Shown: piece by piece, positions 1 to 8,447 of the stretch
Numbering within the stretch: position 1 is the first letter of the stretch
How the letters are laid out: the number at the start of each line of letters is the position of its first letter
Virus record (IMG/VR): IMGVR_UViG_3300029288_000090
Span: 32,001-96,000 of that record
Origin: a virus
Taxonomy: Duplodnaviria > Caudoviricetes
Reading direction: 5' to 3' (one strand)
Length of the DNA stretch: 64,000 bases
The notes under the pieces: generated by a model
What the model was told of the DNA's origin: nothing
The model's database searches: none
What the model saw: only the letters and a program-made list of their open reading frames with translations
Program-made: the position numbers and the translations under genes

Positions 1-1
1 T

Positions 2-208
2 CTTTCTTTTGACATCAAATTTGACGAAGCAAAACCTTCTGGATTTCCTAAACGTGTTATGGATATAACCAGAGCACAGCAGTGGTTTGGTTGGGAACCT
101 ACAACTTCTCTTAAAGATGGATTGAAAGAAACCTGGGATTGGTTTTTAGATCATGGAGAAGAATCACTTAAAAGAACGGATTATTTCAATGAGCAAGCCA
201 CTAGTTAG
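2..208 (+). CDS. NAD-dependent epimerase / GDP-L-fucose synthase-like, 3' fragment (truncated by window)
   Basis: Frame-2 translation LSFDIKFDEAKPSGFPKRVMDITRAQQWFGWEPTTSLKDGLKETWDWF matches the C-terminus of extended SDR sugar epimerases and parallels the end of 6295..7284. Confidence 0.8.
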   Translation, partial: LSFDIKFDEAKPSGFPKRVMDITRAQQWFGWEPTTSLKDGLKETWDWFLDHGEESLKRTDYFNEQATS

Positions 209-986
209 TATTTATGCTGCGGCTATTCGACCTTCATTATGGATGAGATTATACGAATCTCTTCTCCAAAATGAAGATATAAGATTTGAAGTTGTTTTTG
301 TCGGACATATTCCTCCTAACTATGCTCTTCCAAAAGATTTTAAATATATTTATAGTCCAGTGAAACCTGTTCAGTGTGCAGAAATAGCTTTTCGAAATAC
401 TCAAGGACATTTTTGTATACAAGCGTTTGACGATCTTGTTTTTGGACCACATGCTTTGGATTGTTTATTTAGACAATATAAAGAAGTTGGTCATAAATGG
501 TATCTTCCCTGTTGTATTCAGTATGCAAAGAATGTTCTTATAGAAAAAGAGAGATGCAGATTCTTTGGATGCATTTTAGACTCTCCTATTCTTCCTATCT
601 GTGGATTTTATAGGAGGGATGCTTTGGAGGAAGTAGGGAGTAGAGATAGTTGTTTTATTCGTACATATGCTGATTTAGATATTGCTATGAGATACTATGA
701 AAAAGGAGGATGGGCAGAGTTTTGTGATCATGCAATAGTCAATGAGCTTCCTCCTGAAAATACTACAGACTATTCAGGGTTGAATCATAAAGGATCACAA
801 ATAGATTGGCCAAAACTTCTTTCTCTTTGGAGTATTTCTAGAGAAGACTATAAAATACATTCTAGACCTTTTTATTGTGTAATGGGAGATACGTTCGTAG
901 TAAAAAATAGAATACGCCCTGTTGAACCTTTTGTTGAAGATGGCTTACTAGATCATTCACAAGGAGCTAATGATGACTGGATCTAA
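189..986 (+). CDS. GT-A fold (GT2-like) glycosyltransferase, paralog 1
   Basis: KPLVSIY..IRP N-terminus, xDD motif (AFDD), DLDIAMR; likely start MSKPLV at 189. Confidence 0.8.
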   Translation: MSKPLVSIYAAAIRPSLWMRLYESLLQNEDIRFEVVFVGHIPPNYALPKDFKYIYSPVKPVQCAEIAFRNTQGHFCIQAFDDLVFGPHALDCLFRQYKEVGHKWYLPCCIQYAKNVLIEKERCRFFGCILDSPILPICGFYRRDALEEVGSRDSCFIRTYADLDIAMRYYEKGGWAEFCDHAIVNELPPENTTDYSGLNHKGSQIDWPKLLSLWSISREDYKIHSRPFYCVMGDTFVVKNRIRPVEPFVEDGLLDHSQGANDDWI

Positions 987-1731
987 ACCTTTAGTCAGTA
1001 TTTATATGCCAGCAATTCGACCTCACTGGTGGAGAAGAATTTATGATTCTCTTCAAAGCAATAAGAAAGTAGATTTTGAACTGATCTTTGTAGGACATGT
1101 TCATCCTGATTTTCCTATGCCTAGCAATATGATTCATATTTACTCTCCTGTCAAACCTGCACAGTGTGCGGAAATAGGATTCCGAAATTGTCATGGACAG
1201 TTTTGCATGAATATAGCAGATGACATCGTTTTTGGAGAGAGATGTCTGGATATTCTCTACGATAAGTTTATATCATTAGGAACGGATTTGGTTGTTGTTT
1301 CTTGCATTCATCATGCTGGAGGAAAGCCACTTCCCAAGGAGATGAACACGTTTTTTCCTAATAATCCTTCTACTCCTATTAATCCTATAGCTGGATTGTA
1401 CAAGACAGAAGTTTATAGAAGTTTGGGGTCAAGGGATAGAAATTTTGTATGTACATATTCTGATTCTGACATGGCTTTCAGATTGTATGAACGTGGAGGA
1501 AAAAGTGTAATATGTGAGGAGGCCCATGTTCACGAAGTTAACCCTCCTGGAACACGTCATGATTCAGGATTGAATTGGATAGGAAAAGATATAGATTGGC
1601 CTCTTATGTTAGATTTATGGTTCAAAAACAGAAGTACGGTTTATTTAGGAAAACGATCTCGTTCCATCGACCCATTCGTAGAAGAAGGATTACTTACAGC
1701 ATCTCAAGGTCCGAAAGGAAAATGGCAGTGA
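970..1731 (+). CDS. GT2-like glycosyltransferase, paralog 2
   Basis: VSIYMPAIRP, VKPAQCAEIG, IADD, SQGPKGKWQ end shared with neighbours. Confidence 0.8.
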   Translation: MMTGSKPLVSIYMPAIRPHWWRRIYDSLQSNKKVDFELIFVGHVHPDFPMPSNMIHIYSPVKPAQCAEIGFRNCHGQFCMNIADDIVFGERCLDILYDKFISLGTDLVVVSCIHHAGGKPLPKEMNTFFPNNPSTPINPIAGLYKTEVYRSLGSRDRNFVCTYSDSDMAFRLYERGGKSVICEEAHVHEVNPPGTRHDSGLNWIGKDIDWPLMLDLWFKNRSTVYLGKRSRSIDPFVEEGLLTASQGPKGKWQ

Positions 1732-2531
1732 AACCAGTAATTAGTTTATATGTCCCTAGTATAAGACCAGAAAATTGGCCTAAACAACTTGCTTCTTTAA
1801 AGCAAAGTACTGTTCCTTTTGAAGTTATTTATGTAGGGCATGTTCCTCCTATTGAAGGAAAGAACTATCCTCCTGAACTTCAGTATATTCATAGTGCTGT
1901 CAAACCAGCTCAATGTGCCGAGATAGGGTTTAGAGCATGTGAGGGAGAATTTTGTATATTTGCTCAGGATGATGTCATATTTGGACCTAATACATTGGAT
2001 ATTCTCCATGCTGCTTTCTTAAAGCAAGGAACAGACTTGTCTGTTGTATCGTGTATGCCTTACTTAAATGGAAGTCCTCTGGAAACAGCTCGATACCGTT
2101 TTTGGGATGGAGACCGTGGGAGTCCTATGACTCCAATAGGAGGATTATACAAGAGGAGTGTACTGGTAGAATTAGGCGGGATAGATAAGAATTTTGTGTG
2201 CACTGCTTGGGATATTGATCTATGTATGAGATTATTTGAACGTGGAGGATTTGGAGTTTTTTGTGAGGGAACTATTGCGAATGAAGTAGTTCCTCCTAAC
2301 TCCACGAGACTGTGCTCCTATGGAGCAAGAATTGATCGTCCACTTCTTCACACTCTGTGGACTATGACGCACGGAGAATATGCTCATCAAAAGAACATCC
2401 CTATTCATTATTTGAATCCTGGTCGAAAACCCAATGGAGTTATTTGTAAGAATCGCCGACGTCCCTTTGAACCTTTTTCTCCTATTGATCTTTTAGTCAA
2501 GTCTCAAGGTCCTACAGGAAGATGGCAATGA
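1722..2531 (+). CDS. GT2-like glycosyltransferase, paralog 3
   Basis: ISLYVPSIRP, AQDD, GGIDKNF..WDIDL; start at 1722 or 1728 rather than 1575. Confidence 0.8.
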   Translation: MAVKPVISLYVPSIRPENWPKQLASLKQSTVPFEVIYVGHVPPIEGKNYPPELQYIHSAVKPAQCAEIGFRACEGEFCIFAQDDVIFGPNTLDILHAAFLKQGTDLSVVSCMPYLNGSPLETARYRFWDGDRGSPMTPIGGLYKRSVLVELGGIDKNFVCTAWDIDLCMRLFERGGFGVFCEGTIANEVVPPNSTRLCSYGARIDRPLLHTLWTMTHGEYAHQKNIPIHYLNPGRKPNGVICKNRRRPFEPFSPIDLLVKSQGPTGRWQ

Positions 2532-3397
2532 AAACACACTCTCGATTCAGGACAAGATGTCGATCTATGCCTACAACTTTTGAAAAGCCTATTATTAGCA
2601 TATATGTTCCTTCCATTCGCCCTTCTTTATGGAAGAGATTATACGATTCGTTACTTCTTAACAGAACACCATTTGAAGTTATTTTTGTAGGCCCTATAAC
2701 TGGAAGGTTTCAACTTCCTAAGAATGTCAGATATATCTGTACATCAGTAAAACCTTCTCAATGTGCAGAAATAGGATTAAGATCCTGTATAGGTCAATAT
2801 TGTATATTTGCTCAAGATGATATTGTTTTCAGTAAAAAAGCTTTAGATATTCTCTATGAAACAGCCAAAGAAAAAGGAGATCAGGTTGTTGTTTCTTGTT
2901 ATCCTTGTGTCAACTATAGAAGATTGCAAGATTCTTATTACAGATTCTTTCCTGTAGATGATAAAGATACAATTCATAAAAAAGATAGTCCTATAGTTCC
3001 TTTGTGTGGCATATATAAAAAATCAGTTTTGATGGAGTTAGGAGGAATAGATAGAAATTTTATTTGCAGTTGTTGGGACATTGATTTAGCTATGAGATTT
3101 TATGAAAAAGGAGGGCAGGCTATATTTCATCCAGATGCTTTGGCTAATGAGATAGTTGTTCCAAAAGAAAAAAGATTAGCTGCAGAAGGAAAGAAAGACA
3201 GAACTTTTCTGGAATCTTTATGGACGATGACACATGAAGAATTCAAACATCCTACTAATGTTGGAATGCCTGTGTTTCATATAGATAACAATATACCTAT
3301 TGGAGTCATAGTCAAGACTAGAAGAAAACCCTTTACTCCTTTTACAGAAGAGAATATTATGACTATTTCTCAAGATCCCAAAGGAAGATGGCAATGA
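2522..3397 (+). CDS. GT2-like glycosyltransferase, paralog 4
   Basis: ISIYVPSIRP, AQDD, GGIDRNF..WDIDL. Confidence 0.8.
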   Translation: MAMKTHSRFRTRCRSMPTTFEKPIISIYVPSIRPSLWKRLYDSLLLNRTPFEVIFVGPITGRFQLPKNVRYICTSVKPSQCAEIGLRSCIGQYCIFAQDDIVFSKKALDILYETAKEKGDQVVVSCYPCVNYRRLQDSYYRFFPVDDKDTIHKKDSPIVPLCGIYKKSVLMELGGIDRNFICSCWDIDLAMRFYEKGGQAIFHPDALANEIVVPKEKRLAAEGKKDRTFLESLWTMTHEEFKHPTNVGMPVFHIDNNIPIGVIVKTRRKPFTPFTEENIMTISQDPKGRWQ

Positions 3398-4200
3398 AGC
3401 CAGTGATTAGCATTTATGTTCCTGGAGTAAGGCCTCATTTTTGGTTACAGATGTATGACTCCTTATGTGCTAATGATATTTCTTTTGAACTTATCTTTGT
3501 AGGACATATAGATCCTCCTTATATTCTTCCTAATAATGTTCTTCATCTTCATACACCAGTCAAGCCAGTGCAATGTGCTGAGATAGGGTTTAGATTATGC
3601 CAGGGTGAATACTGTATGTATCTTGCAGATGACATTTTGTTGAATCCACATGCGTTAGATATTCTTTATGAGAAAACAAAGGAGAAAGACGGATCTGCAA
3701 TTTTTTCTTGTACTCCTTATATTAATGGGAGGAGGATTAAAACAGCTTCTTATAGATTCTTTCCTGCTGATGATATTAGTCAGTACAGAGAAGATAGTCC
3801 TATAACTCCTTTAGGAGCTTTATATAAAAAGAAATGGATCCGTGAGCTAGGAGGAATAGATAGAAATTTCGTTTGCACAGCTTGGGATATTGATTTGGCT
3901 ATGAGATTTTATGAACAAGGAGGAATCTGTGAATTTTTAGAAGAGGCGGAAGCTAATGAGATTGTTCCCTCACAATCTGGAAGATTAGCAACGGAGGGAG
4001 AAGGAGATAGACTTACGTTAGAACGATTTTGGACTGTGAGAAGGACCAATATCACTCCGGAAGAAGAAAAAACTACTGTTATGTATGTTGATGAATCTTT
4101 ACCCTTATGTATCCTGAAAAAGAGAACTTGTCCAGTAGAATCCTTTGTAGATGATAATATAGGAACACTTTCCCAGGGTCCCAAGGGAAAATGGGTATAA
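3388..4200 (+). CDS. GT2-like glycosyltransferase, paralog 5
   Basis: ISIYVPGVRP, LADD, GGIDRNF..WDIDL, SQGPKGKWV. Confidence 0.8.
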   Translation: MAMKPVISIYVPGVRPHFWLQMYDSLCANDISFELIFVGHIDPPYILPNNVLHLHTPVKPVQCAEIGFRLCQGEYCMYLADDILLNPHALDILYEKTKEKDGSAIFSCTPYINGRRIKTASYRFFPADDISQYREDSPITPLGALYKKKWIRELGGIDRNFVCTAWDIDLAMRFYEQGGICEFLEEAEANEIVPSQSGRLATEGEGDRLTLERFWTVRRTNITPEEEKTTVMYVDESLPLCILKKRTCPVESFVDDNIGTLSQGPKGKWV

Positions 4201-4283
4201 ATGACACACTGGGTGTGCTTGTATGTGTTTTGTTTTTAATACGTGTATAAATATTCCCTTAAAACACGTATACGTGAATCCAA

Positions 4284-4361
4284 TATAACTACTTATAATA
4301 CAATAGGTTATATAAAAGATTGAAAAAGGTATTATAACTGCTTATAATACAATAGGTTATA
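4284..4361. repeat. Pair of 29-bp imperfect palindromes TATAACTRCTTATAATACAATAGGTTATA (4284-4312, 4333-4361)
   Basis: 28/29 identical direct repeat; TATAAC...GTTATA dyad; same family as the pairs at 14.7 kb and 25.4 kb. Confidence 0.9.
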
Positions 4362-4364
4362 CAT

Positions 4365-5756
4365 ATGAAAATACTTTTTGTAATCAATCAGTTAGATTAT
4401 GCAGATCATATATCTATAGCGTATCTATCTGCAATTGCAAAAAAGAAGGGACATAAGACAGCTCTTTGCATCCTTTCACAACATCCTTTGCTAAATAAGT
4501 TTATAGAGTTTCATCCAGATGTAGTAGCCTATTCTACGGATATAACAGGATTTAATAATATCGTTCTCGCCCATAGGACATTAAAAAGTATTCGTAAGTC
4601 CTTCGTTTCTATTTTAGGAGGGCCACATGCTACTTTTTCTCCTGGAACTTTTCTTGATTCTGGAATGGATGCCTACTGTATAGGAGAAGGAGAAGGTGCC
4701 TTTTCCGATTTTTTGGATGCTGTAGAAAGAGGAGAAGCTATTTATGCAATTCCTAATCTAATAACTTATGGAGGATCCACTCCTGTCAGGTCTTTGATTC
4801 AGGATCTGGACTTATTACCTTTTCCTGATAGAGAGTTGACTATTGCTAATTCTCATTTGAAAGATGTACCCAAAAAGACATTTTATACTACTCGTGGCTG
4901 TCCATTCAGCTGTAGTTATTGTTGTAACAACTATTATAAAGAACTATATAGAGGAAAAGGAAAGATCGTTCGTCGCTTTTCTGTTTCTCGTGTGTTGGAA
5001 GAAATTAGATTTGTTAGAAGTAGATTTAGAACAGATTTCATAAAGTTTGGAGATGATCTTTTTGCATTGAAAGCAGATGATTGGTTGAAAGAATTTGCAG
5101 AAAGATACCCAAGGGAAATAGGAATTCCGTTTAATTGTTATCTTCGTTTTGATCAGGTGGATAAAGAAGTTTTACAACTTCTTCAACAATCAGGATGTTA
5201 TTCTGTTCATCTTTCAGTAGATAGTGCTTCGGAATATGTTAGAGAAAATATTCTTCATCGACAAATGAAGAAGATAGATATTATTTGGACGCTAAGATTG
5301 ATCCGATTTTATGGAATGCATACGTGGGTCAATTTTATGCTAGCCCTTCCTGAATCTACTTTAGAGGACGACCTTACTTCTTTAAGTATATGTCGAAAAG
5401 GAAAAGTTACTTATCCTTCTTTTTGCACTACAGATCCGATGAAGGGAACGGCTCTTCATACGTATTGTATAAATAAAGGATATTTGGATCCATCCTATGA
5501 AGGGGATATGACAAAGCTAAAGGATAAATCTCCTTTAAACTGTTTTAGTAAAAAGGAAAAAGCAATTAGATACAATATAGCTTTGTTAGGATCTGTTGCT
5601 GCAAGAAGCCCAAAATATCTTGATTGGTTGTTTATGTTTCTAATTAAATATATTCCCCCCAATCCAGTTTTTAGATGGATTCAAAAATGGTTCTACAAGT
5701 ACAGTATAACGCATACCATTTTTAAACTTCCGAAAGGCGAAATATGGAAACTGTAA
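4365..5756 (+). CDS. Cobalamin-binding radical SAM enzyme (class B methyltransferase-like)
   Basis: N-terminal B12-binding domain (ILGGPHAT, GEGE), TRGCPFSCSYC CxxxCxxC motif. Confidence 0.9.
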   Translation: MKILFVINQLDYADHISIAYLSAIAKKKGHKTALCILSQHPLLNKFIEFHPDVVAYSTDITGFNNIVLAHRTLKSIRKSFVSILGGPHATFSPGTFLDSGMDAYCIGEGEGAFSDFLDAVERGEAIYAIPNLITYGGSTPVRSLIQDLDLLPFPDRELTIANSHLKDVPKKTFYTTRGCPFSCSYCCNNYYKELYRGKGKIVRRFSVSRVLEEIRFVRSRFRTDFIKFGDDLFALKADDWLKEFAERYPREIGIPFNCYLRFDQVDKEVLQLLQQSGCYSVHLSVDSASEYVRENILHRQMKKIDIIWTLRLIRFYGMHTWVNFMLALPESTLEDDLTSLSICRKGKVTYPSFCTTDPMKGTALHTYCINKGYLDPSYEGDMTKLKDKSPLNCFSKKEKAIRYNIALLGSVAARSPKYLDWLFMFLIKYIPPNPVFRWIQKWFYKYSITHTIFKLPKGEIWKL

Positions 5757-6298
5757 AACGGTCCAGATTAGTTTCTGTTGAGAAAACTAAACTCCCTAAC
5801 GTTCTTTTATTCAAAAGAGAAGTGTTTGAAGATCATCGTGGTACCTATGAGGAACTATGGAATGAAGAAGTGTATCAAGCAGAAATAGAACGTTTGATCG
5901 GTTTTAAGATGCGATTTATGGAAGACGATATAGCTATTTCCAACAAACATGTCTTAAGGGGACTTCATGGAGATGATAGGACTTGGAAGTTAGTTACTTG
6001 TTTAAAGGGACGGTTTTATATTGTTGTAGCGTGTAACGATTCTAATTCTTCTTATTACACAGATTGGCAGTCTTTTGTTCTTTCGGATAGTAATAAGCAT
6101 CAATTGTTAGTACCTCCTATGCACGGGCATGGATATGTAGTTATGTCAGACGATGCGATATTTCATTACAAACAGTCACATTCTTATCGTGGGATGGTTC
6201 AGCAGTTTACAATTAAGTATGATGATGAACGTTTTGGATTTTGGTGGCCAGTCCAGAATCCTATTTTGTCCCTTAGGGACACGAGAGGCAAAGTATGA
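5744..6298 (+). CDS. rmlC: dTDP-4-dehydrorhamnose 3,5-epimerase (RmlC family cupin)
   Basis: FEDHRG, S...VLRGLH, KLV.CL.G, LLVPP..GHG, YK, P.LS.RD. Confidence 0.9.
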   Translation: METVKRSRLVSVEKTKLPNVLLFKREVFEDHRGTYEELWNEEVYQAEIERLIGFKMRFMEDDIAISNKHVLRGLHGDDRTWKLVTCLKGRFYIVVACNDSNSSYYTDWQSFVLSDSNKHQLLVPPMHGHGYVVMSDDAIFHYKQSHSYRGMVQQFTIKYDDERFGFWWPVQNPILSLRDTRGKV

Positions 6299-7284
6299 GT
6301 AATTTCTATCAGGGTAAGAAAGTATTGGTAACAGGAGCATCGGGGTTAACTGGAGCTTATGTTGTACAAACGCTTCTTGCAGAAGGATCTTTTGTTAGAG
6401 CTGTAGAGCATGTTACTCCACTTGTTAATAAAGATAACAGCTCAAGGCTTGAGATTTTTAAAGGTGGTCTATGTAATGTTGACAGTTGTCAACAGGCTGT
6501 TAAGGATATAGAATTTGTATTCCATTGTGCAGCTGTTACTTCTGGGGCTTATGATATTGTTAATACTCCAGCAAAACATATCACTCCTAATCTGATTATG
6601 TGCTCTCGATTGTTAGAATGTGCAGCAGCTGAAGGTATTAAACGATTCTTATTTATGAGCAGTAGTACTGTATATCCCAATAGTACTGCGGCTATGAAAG
6701 AAGACGATGCTTGGACTGGAGATGTTCATCCTTCTTATCAAGCAGTAGGATGGATGAAAAGATATGTTGAGAAGATGTGTGAATTCTATAATGATAGAAC
6801 TCCTATGAAAGTCTGTATCGTACGTCCTGCTAATATTTATGGGCCTGGAGATAAATTTGATCTTAAGACCGCTCATGTTCTACCTGCGTTGATTCATAAA
6901 ATAGTTCGTGGAGACAATCCATTGGAAGTCTGGGGAACAGGATATGATATGAGAGAATTTATTTTTGTTCAAGACTTAGTCAATGGACTTCTTTTGGCCA
7001 TGAAACGATACTGTTGTGGCAAGCCTATAAACCTTGGATCTGGAGAATGTGTATCTATATCAGATTCAGTTAGTGCGATTTGTGATATTTGTGGATATAA
7101 AGGGAAGATTGTTTATAATGCTTCCAAGCCTTCTACTATTCCTATTAGAAGACTGGATTCTTCTTTAGCCAGGGCAGTATTAGGTTTTGCTACCAGTACT
7201 GATTTTAGAGAAGGTCTTTACTATACAATTAGTTGGTTCAAAGAGAATTGTAAGGAGCTGTTAACTAATGAAGCTTCAAAGTAA
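6295..7284 (+). CDS. NAD-dependent epimerase/reductase, GDP-L-fucose synthase-like
   Basis: VTGASGLTG Rossmann motif, SSSTVYP, RPANIYGPGD, HVLPALIHK, WGTG...REF. Confidence 0.85.
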   Translation: MSNFYQGKKVLVTGASGLTGAYVVQTLLAEGSFVRAVEHVTPLVNKDNSSRLEIFKGGLCNVDSCQQAVKDIEFVFHCAAVTSGAYDIVNTPAKHITPNLIMCSRLLECAAAEGIKRFLFMSSSTVYPNSTAAMKEDDAWTGDVHPSYQAVGWMKRYVEKMCEFYNDRTPMKVCIVRPANIYGPGDKFDLKTAHVLPALIHKIVRGDNPLEVWGTGYDMREFIFVQDLVNGLLLAMKRYCCGKPINLGSGECVSISDSVSAICDICGYKGKIVYNASKPSTIPIRRLDSSLARAVLGFATSTDFREGLYYTISWFKENCKELLTNEASK

Positions 7285-7693
7285 ATTACGTCGTTGGCTT
7301 CCTCATTTTGCTGAGTTAGTAGATAGACTATCTATTCATCAACTCAAAGAGGTGTTTATTCCTGAGCATAAGAAAAAATATGCTTCGGAGATGAAAGATA
7401 TTATGTATGATTTGGACTTACTGATTCAGGATAAAAAGGTCCCTTTGACTGCAGATATTATCCGTTGCATTGTTGTGATCTCACAGATAAATACTCATAT
7501 CTGGTACAATGAAACTAAAGCTCGTAAAGGAGATACCCAGGATATTAAACTTCTTCAGTTGACTCATGGATTGAATGGGATCAGAAATAACGCCCAAAAC
7601 CGACTTTTGGAATTGGTAGGACAATTAGAAAGAAAGGATTATAAAACTGATTGCCTGGCAGCTGAGTTTAAAGACTGGGAGATCAGCCTATGA
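7268..7693 (+). CDS. Helical hypothetical protein of glycan clusters (DUF4254-like)
   Basis: ELVDRLSI..LK and N..IW..E..AR motifs. Confidence 0.45.
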   Translation: MKLQSKLRRWLPHFAELVDRLSIHQLKEVFIPEHKKKYASEMKDIMYDLDLLIQDKKVPLTADIIRCIVVISQINTHIWYNETKARKGDTQDIKLLQLTHGLNGIRNNAQNRLLELVGQLERKDYKTDCLAAEFKDWEISL

Positions 7694-8445
7694 AATTCTC
7701 TCTTCTTGTTTCATCCCGGGGACGTCCAGAGATGCTTCTCCAAATGTGGAGAACAGCGAATGAACATCGTTTTAAGCTTCCACTTCATGAAGGAGATTCC
7801 TTTCTTTCGCCTAAATGTAAACATCCTATTGAGCTTGTTTTATACGTAGATGAGGATGATAAAGATACATTAAATTGTTATTATAGTAAAATAGTAGCTT
7901 TAAATACTACTTTAATTATAGGAAAACGTCCAAGAATTTTAGGGGAAACAACAAACAGATGTGCCAAGGAATCTACTGGAGAAATCTGTATGTTGTGTAC
8001 AGACGATGTTATTTTTCATACGGAAGGATGGGATGAATTAGTTGTTGAACAATTCTTAAATTATAAAGATCGAATAGTTCTTGTTTATGGCGAAGATGGA
8101 ATTCAGCATGGACGAACAGCTACACTTCCTTTTCTTCATATCAATTGGATAAATACTATAGGACGTTTTCTTCCTACCTATTTCATCAGTGAGGTTGGAG
8201 ATAGATGGTTAACTGAAGTTGCTACAAAAATAGGAAGATTATGTTATCTTCCTAATTTATATATTCAACACTTACATCCAGTCCATGGAACTATGCCTTA
8301 TGATTCAACGTATACAGAAAGAAGGTCTATGAGAGCAAAGGAAGGGTCTTCAGCACAGTGGTCTACTCTTTATAATATGTATAATAATGTAAGGCAAGAA
8401 GAGGCAAACAAACTTCTTAATTATATCAATGAATATAAAGGATAA
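7690..8445 (+). CDS. GT2-like glycosyltransferase
   Basis: FSLLVSSRGRP, YVDEDD, CTDDVIF, QHLH. Confidence 0.8.
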   Translation: MKFSLLVSSRGRPEMLLQMWRTANEHRFKLPLHEGDSFLSPKCKHPIELVLYVDEDDKDTLNCYYSKIVALNTTLIIGKRPRILGETTNRCAKESTGEICMLCTDDVIFHTEGWDELVVEQFLNYKDRIVLVYGEDGIQHGRTATLPFLHINWINTIGRFLPTYFISEVGDRWLTEVATKIGRLCYLPNLYIQHLHPVHGTMPYDSTYTERRSMRAKEGSSAQWSTLYNMYNNVRQEEANKLLNYINEYKG

Positions 8446-8447
8446 TT

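Noticed and set aside
189-4200. Diversity-generating retroelement acting on the GT paralogs
   Set aside because: No reverse transcriptase and no near-identical TR/VR pair with adenine-specific differences; divergence is spread across whole genes.
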